Shown here in pieces: positions 1-7,528 of a stretch of DNA of 64,000 bases; position 1 is the stretch's first letter, and every line of letters begins with the position of its first letter. The position numbers were made by a program, and so were the translations under genes. Location of the stretch: contig NZ_JBGCFU010000008.1 in the NCBI RefSeq assembly GCF_045107095.1, positions 967 to 64,966 of the forward strand. Reading direction: 5' to 3'. This DNA comes from Congregibacter sp. Its GTDB lineage: Bacteria > Pseudomonadota > Gammaproteobacteria > Pseudomonadales > Halieaceae. The notes beneath the pieces were generated by a model. That model was not told the origin of the DNA, ran no database searches, and saw only the letters and a program-made list of their open reading frames with translations.

Positions 1-2
1 GC

Positions 3-191
3 GAACCCGTAGAGCTCTACAAGATCCTCAAGTTTGAAGGCCTTGTTACCACGGGGGGCGAAGCCAAATTGCTCATCGGTGACGGCCAGGTGTCGGTCAA
101 TGGAGAGATCGAAACGCGCAGACGGCGCAAAATGCTCAACGGCGATGTCATCGAGTTCCGATCCGAAACCCTTCAACTTCAACTGGTCTAG
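3..191 (+). CDS. S4-domain RNA-binding protein (YbcJ/YaaA family), 5' truncated by window edge
   Basis: Hand translation from base 3: EPVELYKILKFEGLVTTGGEAKLLIGDGQVSVNGEIETRRRRKMLNGDVIEF..., TAG at 189-191; typical GGEAK...V.VNGE.ETRR..K S4 pattern. Not in the ORF track. Confidence 0.88.
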   Translation, partial: EPVELYKILKFEGLVTTGGEAKLLIGDGQVSVNGEIETRRRRKMLNGDVIEFRSETLQLQLV

Positions 192-197
192 ATACCT

Positions 198-599
198 ATG
201 CACAGCACTGCTACATCCACCCAGCGCGCGTTAATGCTGACCGGACGCGCCCTCCTCGGCCTGTACTTCATAGTGCCCGGTATCACCAAGATCACGGGGT
301 TTGCCAACATGGTGCAGTACATGACGGATCATAATGTCCCTCTGGTACAACCACTCCTGATACTCACTATTGTTTTGCAAATAGGCTGTGGAGCAAGCCT
401 GGCCGCGGGGTGGCGCGCCCAGTTAATGGCTTTTGTCCTCGCGGGCCTGACCTTGGTAATTAGTATCTACATGCACAATTTTTGGGTCATGGAAGACGGC
501 CCGCAACGAGCTCACGAAATGCAGAACTTTGTTAAGAACATGGCCATCATGGCAGGATTGCTCTATGTGGCGGGTGTCACCCCCGCCTCCAAAGACTAA
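198..599 (+). CDS. DoxX family membrane protein
   Basis: 133 aa, four hydrophobic helices, GR.LLGLYF..G..K N-terminal motif and F.KN.AI..GLL C-terminal motif. Confidence 0.88.
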   Translation: MHSTATSTQRALMLTGRALLGLYFIVPGITKITGFANMVQYMTDHNVPLVQPLLILTIVLQIGCGASLAAGWRAQLMAFVLAGLTLVISIYMHNFWVMEDGPQRAHEMQNFVKNMAIMAGLLYVAGVTPASKD

Positions 600-633
600 A
601 CGGCCCAATCAATAAGACCATCGGGTAAAAACT

Positions 634-1686
634 ATGCGCGCCCTTATCGAAAACTATCGCAACCTCACCGCTGGCCACTGTGGCAGCGGCTCCATGCGTA
701 ACCTGATCTTTCATTACACGGGGTTAGAGTTGGATGAGGGCGTGATCTTTGGCCTGGGCTCGGGACTCGACGCAGTATATTTTGATTATCCTCACGCAGA
801 TCCGCCCTACATGTGTTTTGGACGGGGCTCTTCCTTTGAAACCGACGTCACAGAAGCACTGGGTATTGATTACCGTGAAACGCCCGACCCTGACGATGAT
901 CAGGCTTGGGAAGATGTGCGCCAGGAAGTAATTGCCGGCAGGCCCACAATGCTGTCCGGCGACATCTACTACCTTGATTACCGGAAATTCAAGGTTCATT
1001 TCCCCGGACATCGCTTTGTGCTGCTGGGCTTTGATGACGAAAAAGACGAGGTCTATGTCGCCGATCGCACGGAAGAAGAGACACAAACCTGCTCCACCGA
1101 AGGCGTGCGGCTAAGCCGGAATCCACCGGGCGGAATGTCTACCTTTAATACCTGGGGCAAGTTTCACTCGACTCAAGTGCGTCATAGTCTGCCCGATGCC
1201 TGCGGCATCGCGCTGCGTAAAACCGTAGGACGCATGCTCAACTTCGATACCAGCCAGCGAGACCTCATGGCGAACCTACGCGGCGACAGTGACGGCGAGC
1301 TCTCCGTAGGCCTCCAGGGTCTTCGCACCCTTGCCAACCAACTCCCCCGCTGGGCCGAGCTTGAAGATCCTGTGTCACATGCGCAGTACCTCGACAATGC
1401 CATCGTCAAATTTGGTACCGGCGGAGGCTTTTTCCGTGATCACTACGCCGCATTTATGCGCTGGGCGGCGATTCAGCGTCCAGATCTAGTCGGACCGACA
1501 ACAGTTGCCCTGGCTGAAGGCGCGGCGCGGGAGTGGAACGCGCTTTCACCGATCATGCAGAGTGTCGTTGCAGCGCCAAAAGACGCCCTGCTTTGGCAGC
1601 AGGCACAGGAAAAGCTGGAAGACATTTACGAACAGGAGTATTCGTTGTTTGGGCACCTTGCAGATACGGTGTTAAAAGCGGGTTAA
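634..1686 (+). CDS. BtrH N-terminal domain / DUF4872 protein (papain-like fold)
   Basis: GHCGS..RNL....G..L.EG..FGLGSGL motif; putative Cys (GHC), His (FPGH.FVL.GFD) and Asp (VYVAD) triad. Confidence 0.75.
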   Translation: MRALIENYRNLTAGHCGSGSMRNLIFHYTGLELDEGVIFGLGSGLDAVYFDYPHADPPYMCFGRGSSFETDVTEALGIDYRETPDPDDDQAWEDVRQEVIAGRPTMLSGDIYYLDYRKFKVHFPGHRFVLLGFDDEKDEVYVADRTEEETQTCSTEGVRLSRNPPGGMSTFNTWGKFHSTQVRHSLPDACGIALRKTVGRMLNFDTSQRDLMANLRGDSDGELSVGLQGLRTLANQLPRWAELEDPVSHAQYLDNAIVKFGTGGGFFRDHYAAFMRWAAIQRPDLVGPTTVALAEGAAREWNALSPIMQSVVAAPKDALLWQQAQEKLEDIYEQEYSLFGHLADTVLKAG

Positions 1687-1735
1687 GGTGTAACTATCGT
1701 CACCTGCTCATAACAAACGGCCAAGGATGCGCCGC

Positions 1736-2185
1736 TCAGGCAGGCCGCCAGACTCGATACTCAACTCCCGCATTAGGCAGCAGACGCCCCTCGCCAATAA
1801 AGAATGTTGAGTTAACCCACGAGTAACGCTCATCGCCGGTTTCCAATCGCGGATTGGTGTAAAAATCCTGATCGTCAAACTCAGTACCGAGCCCATTTTC
1901 CAAGGCATTCTGTACCGTATCGTTCAAACCTAGCAGACCGACATACTGCACATAGATGTGGGCGTCATCGTGGGTTTTTACTTGCATACGGACATCTACC
2001 CTCAAGCAACCCTGGGCGTCTATCAACGCCCACTCTCCACCGCTGAGTACTTCACCGTTGAGGCGCTCGCCCTCTACGGTCCCGTTGGCGATGCCGTAAT
2101 GCATGCGCGTACCAATAGGACCCGCGCCAACGGGGTTAGGCTCATAAAGGTTTGCTCGGATCGTAAACTCGTGAATCAGCTGCAT
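1736..2185 (-). CDS. DUF3237 (UPF0311) family beta-barrel protein
   Basis: GPIGTR....I..G.V.GERLNG.VL.GG.W......LDVR....THDDA.IY..Y.G and PRLETGDERY.W.N motifs. Confidence 0.85.
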   Translation of the reverse strand: MQLIHEFTIRANLYEPNPVGAGPIGTRMHYGIANGTVEGERLNGEVLSGGEWALIDAQGCLRVDVRMQVKTHDDAHIYVQYVGLLGLNDTVQNALENGLGTEFDDQDFYTNPRLETGDERYSWVNSTFFIGEGRLLPNAGVEYRVWRPA

Positions 2186-2297
2186 AGGGTTTTGCCTCTA
2201 TTAACGTCTTTATTATCGTAGTTAAACCCTAGCAGGCTTTTTAGCCAAAGTGCGAATCACATCTGAGGAACCGCGCCGGCTCCGGCATTACATCTAT

Positions 2298-2660
2298 TCA
2301 AGAACGAAAGTCTCGATAGGCGCTATCACCCCAGCCTACGAGCATGTCGTTCTTGAAAACCACCGGCGTCATCTCGTCTCGAGTGGTCTGTCCGTCAGAG
2401 TGCTTACGCTGAGTGCGATAAAACAGTACACGGACCTCTTCACCATCGCGGGTAAAGGCTTCGGAATCGGTCGGTGTTCCCAACTTATCCACAACAGCGC
2501 TACGAGAGACACCGAGATCCAGCTGGCTGATCATTTCGCGGTTAACACGCTGATCTTCGCGCCAGTCATCGGACGTGACTCGTTCGCCGTTAATGTAAAC
2601 ACAGCCGCTGGCAGCCATAGATAGAAGGACGACCAGAGATAATTGAACTAAAGATTTCAC
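2298..2660 (-). CDS. DUF3192 family lipoprotein
   Basis: Likely start GTG at 2660 behind GAGG; lipobox ASGC; C-terminal VLFYRTQ...SDG.TT.DE.TP.VF....LVGWG. The ORF-track extension to 2792 looks non-coding. Confidence 0.8.
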   Translation of the reverse strand: MKSLVQLSLVVLLSMAASGCVYINGERVTSDDWREDQRVNREMISQLDLGVSRSAVVDKLGTPTDSEAFTRDGEEVRVLFYRTQRKHSDGQTTRDEMTPVVFKNDMLVGWGDSAYRDFRS

Positions 2661-2833
2661 GAATATTTCCTCATTAGGAGATGTGTCTATTAACGCTGCC
2701 GGCACAAATTGAGCGGCGTTGTTATGAGTACCCATGATTCGATGATTCACCCACGAGATCAATTGGCTCACAGGGCGATCCACCGCACTCACAACTCAGC
2801 TCATCGCTTCCCCCTGTATAGTGTTGCCACAGC

Positions 2834-4387
2834 ATGGAGCCCTCCCTCATCTACAAGCTACGATTGCAGTACGAATCACTGAATCTCCGGCCTCTGGTTT
2901 TTTGGCCGACCTTTACGATCCTTATGCTCGCGGTCGCTTTCAGCATCGTGGACTTGGAGCGGTTTTTACAGATAACCCGGTCCATGAATGACACGATTCT
3001 GGAGCAGTTCGGGTGGTTGTTTAGCTACGGCAGTTTTTATCTCGTATTGCTCACCGCAGCTGCGTATCTGTCGCCGCTAGGAAAAGTTGTGATTGGAGGG
3101 TCCGAATCCACGCCCCTGCTTTCCAAACCCCGGTGGTTTTTCATCACCCTGTGTACAACGCTCGCCGTAGGCATTCTTTTCTGGACGACTTCTGAGCCGA
3201 TCTATCACCTCAATGCTCCCCCGGTCAGCAAAGGTATCGTACCTGTCACAACAGAAGCGGCGGCCTTTTCTCTATCGGCGATGTTTCTCCACTGGAGTTT
3301 CACGCCCTATGCGATTTACACCATTCCGTCACTGACCTTCGCGCTGGCGTTCTATAACCGGCGGCTACCCTTCTCGATCAGTAGTTCACTGCGCCCCGTT
3401 TTTGGTCATTGGGTTAAAGGTAAGACCGCCGACTTTATCGACACGCTGGCATTGAGCGCCTTGGTCACAGGGATGGCTTCCAGTCTCGGCACCGGTGCGC
3501 TGAGCCTCATTGGCGGTACCAGCGAAGTCATGGACGTAAGCACAACACCTGTGTCTCTGGGCATCGCTATAACTCTCGTTGTGGTCACTTTCGTTTGGTC
3601 GGCGGCCAGTGGTTTGCACCGAGGTATCGCAAAGCTGTCCTCAATCAACGCACTTTTGTTGCTGCTCTTGGGTCTCTTCGCCGCGTTTGCAGGCCCGTCA
3701 CTCTATCTACTGTCATTCGGCGCTGTGGGCATAGGTACCTACGCGAGCACTTTTCTGGAGATGAGCCTCTTCACCGGGAGCATTACCGGAGACGACTGGC
3801 CATTACAGTGGAGCGTTTTTTACTGGGCGATTTGGTTTGCCTGGGCGCCCGTGAGCGCACTGTTTCTGGGGCGCCTTGGCCGAGGATACTCGGTGCGGGA
3901 GTACATCAGGATTAACTTTCTGTATCCGTCCCTGTTCGCCATTGTCTGGATTGTTATCTTTTCTGGCACCGCGATTCACATGGATATGAGCGATCCCGGC
4001 TCGCTCAATGTTGCGCTACAGGAACAGGGACCGGGCAAAATGCTCTACGCGGTTTTCAGCCAGTTTCCCTTCAGCGGCCTTACGGTACCGCTGCTGGTTT
4101 TCATCGCATTCATTTCCTTCGTAACTGCCGCGGACTCCAATACCGATGCCATTGGCAGGTTATGCGCGAAAGACGTCACTGCAGAATCAGAGGAGAAGAC
4201 GGGGCTTGGTGCCAAGATCTTGTGGGGCGCCATGATCGGTGTGGTGTCCTGGACCATGGTGAGTTTCGCCGGCGTCGACGGAATACGTATGCTATCCAAC
4301 CTAGGGGGTATAGCAGCGGTGACGATCGTATTGGCGAGCAGCATCACGCTGCTCAAGTGGCTTATGAATCCGCGGCTCCTCGATTAG
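2834..4387 (+). CDS. BCCT family transporter (divergent)
   Basis: About 12 hydrophobic segments; FGW, FLHW....YA.Y, FYWA.W..WAP...F..R..RG and F..F.T.ADS motifs of the BCCT family. Confidence 0.85.
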   Translation: MEPSLIYKLRLQYESLNLRPLVFWPTFTILMLAVAFSIVDLERFLQITRSMNDTILEQFGWLFSYGSFYLVLLTAAAYLSPLGKVVIGGSESTPLLSKPRWFFITLCTTLAVGILFWTTSEPIYHLNAPPVSKGIVPVTTEAAAFSLSAMFLHWSFTPYAIYTIPSLTFALAFYNRRLPFSISSSLRPVFGHWVKGKTADFIDTLALSALVTGMASSLGTGALSLIGGTSEVMDVSTTPVSLGIAITLVVVTFVWSAASGLHRGIAKLSSINALLLLLLGLFAAFAGPSLYLLSFGAVGIGTYASTFLEMSLFTGSITGDDWPLQWSVFYWAIWFAWAPVSALFLGRLGRGYSVREYIRINFLYPSLFAIVWIVIFSGTAIHMDMSDPGSLNVALQEQGPGKMLYAVFSQFPFSGLTVPLLVFIAFISFVTAADSNTDAIGRLCAKDVTAESEEKTGLGAKILWGAMIGVVSWTMVSFAGVDGIRMLSNLGGIAAVTIVLASSITLLKWLMNPRLLD

Positions 4388-4460
4388 GCTATCTTCGAGA
4401 AGAACAATCCTCGATCAGAGCTTCTTTCCGACCAAAAGCAGGAGCCGCGATAAGTAGGGC

Positions 4461-6659
4461 TTACTCCGCACGAACCAAGCGACGCTCGCCGCGCTTCGCG
4501 CCCAGCACCGCCTCGTGCTTCACATACTCTTTGATTAAGTCAGCTTCATCGGCGGTCAGATATTCCTTCCATGCCGGCATGCCATTGGCCGCCAAACCAC
4601 CTTCCATAACGATAGCCTGCCATGCAGGTTCAACGTCCTTGATCCGATAGCGTAAGTCTGGAATGAGACCGGCGCTTATGGCGTTACCGCCATGGCAAAC
4701 CGCGCAATACAGGTTGAACAGGCTGCGACCACTTTCCACAAATTCACTGCTAGCCAGCTCAATCCCGTCTGCTTCGAGTACCTGCTCCATTACCGGTACT
4801 TCAGGTAGCTCTTCGGACGCTCCCAGCTTGAACACGAGGAGGCGGCTAATGTTGATCATATTTTGAGGGCCGCTCACCGAACCAAAGGGAAGACCGGTTT
4901 CGCCACCCCAACCCTGGGCCACGGCCACGTACTGTTCATCGTCAATAGTGTAAGTAATCGGGGACGCCATCACCCCGCCCTGTACAGGATAGCTCCAAAG
5001 CTCATCCCCCGAGTCCGCAGCAAAAGCACTGAAAGCCCCGGCCAGATCACCCTGAAACAACAGATTTCCGTGTGTAGACAGCAAACCGGAACCTGAGTAG
5101 TAGCCCCGGGGTTTTGTCCAGACTGCTTCGCCCTTGATCGGATCCCAGGCGATCAGCTCCGCCGCCAAGGCCTCTTTACCAATCGCAGCCCGCGCCTCTG
5201 CGGGTACTTCATCAGGAATTCCCACCATAAGGCCGGCATTAAAGTTAATGTGCCAAACCGCATCGCGCTCGAGGGTATGAAAGTCATCCGCGTAAATGGC
5301 TGAGTGAGACTTGGCTGGGATATAGACCAGACCTGTGTCGGGGCTATAAGTCATGGGGTGCCAGTTGTGGGCGCCCGAAGGTCCAGGCGACACCATGGTA
5401 TCGGTATTGCCATCACGCATACCTGGTGCTTCTACCGGTCTACCCGTCTCCATATCCACATGTGTAGCCCAGGTTACCGGCATGTACTTATCGGCAGACA
5501 GCAACTCGCCGGTTGCTCGATCTACAACGTAAAAGAATCCGTTCTTGGGTGCCTGCATCAGGACTTTGCGCTCCTCCCCCTCTATGGGCAATTCGGCAAG
5601 GATCATGTGCTGCGTTGCAGTGTAGTCCCAGTGATCGCCGGGTGTCGTTTGGTAATGCCAAGCGTAGTCGCCGGTATCGGCGTCCACCGCGACAATCGAC
5701 GAGATAAATAAATTGTCTCCGCCCTCCGGGCTACGAATCTTTTGATTCCAGCTCGCGCCGTTCCCAACGCCGATGTACAAAAGGTTCAGCTCAGGATCAA
5801 AGGCGAAAGAATCCCAGGCGGTGCCGCCGCCCTTGCCGTTCTCCCACCACTCTCCAGTCCAGGTTTCTGCGATGCGCTCCTGTGTCTCGTCCTCAAACCC
5901 ATCTGCGGGGTTGCCTGGTACGGTGAAGAAGCGCCAAGCCTGCTCACCAGTCACCGCATCGTAGGCCGTCACGTAACCGCGCACAGACATCTCAGCGCCG
6001 CCATTACCAATAACCACTTTGCCGTTAACGATGCGCGGCGCACCCGTAACCGTGTATGAGTCAGTAGAATTGATTCGGGTATCGACCTGCCAAACGACTT
6101 CACCTGTGTCTCTGTCCAGCGCATGCAGACGACCATCCAGGCTCGCGGCGTAAACGTTGTCACCCCAAAGTGCCGCACCTCGATTTACTACGTCGCAGCA
6201 GGCTCGCACTCCGTAATCCTTGGGAACCTCGGGGTCAAAGTGCCAAAGCTCTTCGCCGGTTTTTGCATCGTATGCCAGTACATGGCCCCAGGATGCGGTG
6301 ACAAACAACTTGCCGTCGGCCATCAGGGGTGTGGTTTCAATACCTCGGTCGGTAGGGAGTTCTGCATACCAGGCAAGACCTAATTCTCCGACATTATCTT
6401 CGTCAATGGATGCAAGAGGACTGAAACGTTGCTCTCCATAGGTACGACCGTGAGTGAGCCACTCGCCGGGGGTTTCATCTGCAGCCTCGATTCGTTCAGC
6501 AGTGACCGCGGTCGTTGAAAGAGCAGGTGTCTCCACTGGTTCCTGAGCGATAGGTTCTTCCTGCTGGTCGCTACTGCAAGCAACAGTTAACAGCAACAGG
6601 CCTGACAGCAGCACTTTATTCACGGGTATGATTTTGGGGTCCATTACTGCAACTCGCAC
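4461..6659 (-). CDS. Type II quinohemoprotein alcohol dehydrogenase (PQQ + heme c), lipoprotein
   Basis: Vicinal CC (ACCDVVNRG), PQQ propeller W-motifs, GAE..RGY, WDYT, C-terminal CAVCH heme c motif, lipobox TVAC. Start may be ATG 6644. Confidence 0.93.
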   Translation of the reverse strand: MRVAVMDPKIIPVNKVLLSGLLLLTVACSSDQQEEPIAQEPVETPALSTTAVTAERIEAADETPGEWLTHGRTYGEQRFSPLASIDEDNVGELGLAWYAELPTDRGIETTPLMADGKLFVTASWGHVLAYDAKTGEELWHFDPEVPKDYGVRACCDVVNRGAALWGDNVYAASLDGRLHALDRDTGEVVWQVDTRINSTDSYTVTGAPRIVNGKVVIGNGGAEMSVRGYVTAYDAVTGEQAWRFFTVPGNPADGFEDETQERIAETWTGEWWENGKGGGTAWDSFAFDPELNLLYIGVGNGASWNQKIRSPEGGDNLFISSIVAVDADTGDYAWHYQTTPGDHWDYTATQHMILAELPIEGEERKVLMQAPKNGFFYVVDRATGELLSADKYMPVTWATHVDMETGRPVEAPGMRDGNTDTMVSPGPSGAHNWHPMTYSPDTGLVYIPAKSHSAIYADDFHTLERDAVWHINFNAGLMVGIPDEVPAEARAAIGKEALAAELIAWDPIKGEAVWTKPRGYYSGSGLLSTHGNLLFQGDLAGAFSAFAADSGDELWSYPVQGGVMASPITYTIDDEQYVAVAQGWGGETGLPFGSVSGPQNMINISRLLVFKLGASEELPEVPVMEQVLEADGIELASSEFVESGRSLFNLYCAVCHGGNAISAGLIPDLRYRIKDVEPAWQAIVMEGGLAANGMPAWKEYLTADEADLIKEYVKHEAVLGAKRGERRLVRAE

Positions 6660-6718
6660 TTATTGTTAGGGAGCGGCAAGGTTAGCAAAGTTTGCTCCCG
6701 AAACAACACGGCAAAAGG

Positions 6719-6785
6719 CTTGCCGCCCTTGTCCCGAAAAACCGGGAGTGGGACACTCCATTGCTTCATCGACGAGGGCGGCAAG
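6719..6785 (+). promoter_or_regulatory. 15-bp inverted repeat sequestering the SD of the downstream gene
   Basis: CTTGCCGCCCTTGTC (6719-6733) pairs with GACGAGGGCGGCAAG (6771-6785): 14 Watson-Crick pairs plus 1 G-U. Confidence 0.6.
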
Positions 6786-6787
6786 TA

Positions 6788-7432
6788 GTGAAGAGATTAC
6801 TGTTAGCAGGTGCCACGGGACTCGTCGGACAAGCTGTGCTCAAAGCGTATGACGAAGGACAGTTCCACGTTACCACCGTGGGTCGACGGGCCACCGGGCA
6901 AGTATCCAACGAAGTGCTTACGGACTTCCTTAGCGCTCCAGACTTGCCGGCCGCGAATGTCGCGGTTTGTGCGCTGGGCACAACCATCGCAGCCGCAGGA
7001 TCCAAAAAGGCGTTTCGTGCGGTGGATTACGACGCTGTAGTGCGCTTTGCGCAAGCAGCAATGGCTGCAAGCGTGGACCACTTTATTTTGGTGAGCTCCG
7101 TCGGCTCAAATCCCCAAGCGGGTGTTTTTTACGCCCGGGTTAAAGGTGAAGTGGAACGGGACCTGGCGACGATAGGATTCCGACGTCTCGACATTGCTCA
7201 GCCCGGATTGCTGCTGGGCAACCGCTTGGAAAGCCGCCCCGTAGAAACGCTCATGCGACGCACAGACCCACTGACGCGACTGTTCCTAAAGGGGCCTCTG
7301 GATCGTTACGCAGGGATAGAGGTCACAACTTTGGGCGCGGCCTTGTTAGCCTTATGCGGTCAGCAGGAAGACGGCACCTATCGCCATGAGAATCGTGCGT
7401 TGCACAAGTTGGCGGACCTTAAGCCCACCTAA
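6788..7432 (+). CDS. NAD(P)-binding atypical SDR (YraR/TIP30-like)
   Basis: GATGLVG Rossmann motif, CALGTT...AGS..AF..VD, Y..VKG..E, PGLLLG.R.E.R. Likely start GTG 6788 after GAGGG; the ORF track starts at 6692. Confidence 0.85.
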   Translation: MKRLLLAGATGLVGQAVLKAYDEGQFHVTTVGRRATGQVSNEVLTDFLSAPDLPAANVAVCALGTTIAAAGSKKAFRAVDYDAVVRFAQAAMAASVDHFILVSSVGSNPQAGVFYARVKGEVERDLATIGFRRLDIAQPGLLLGNRLESRPVETLMRRTDPLTRLFLKGPLDRYAGIEVTTLGAALLALCGQQEDGTYRHENRALHKLADLKPT

Positions 7433-7483
7433 AGGACAAAACAGAGTTTCACCACCGCTAAGGGGGCATTTGCAGTCAAGTAT

Positions 7484-7508
7484 TGATTGGCGACACAATC
7501 ACTTTTTT
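7484..7508 (+). terminator. Possible weak intrinsic terminator
   Basis: TGATTG-gcgaca-CAATCA stem followed by CTTTTTT, 50 nt after the SDR stop; the stem is AT-rich. Confidence 0.35.
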
Positions 7509-7528
7509 GGCTTCGGCACTCTCTTGCT

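Noticed and set aside
634-2185. BtrH + DUF3237 as a natural-product cluster
   Set aside because: The genes are convergent, and no ACP, PKS, NRPS or precursor peptide lies nearby.
4461-6659. Lanthanide-dependent dehydrogenase
   Set aside because: The metal-site motif is WDYT, lacking the extra Asp (D-x-D) of XoxF/PedH/ExaF.
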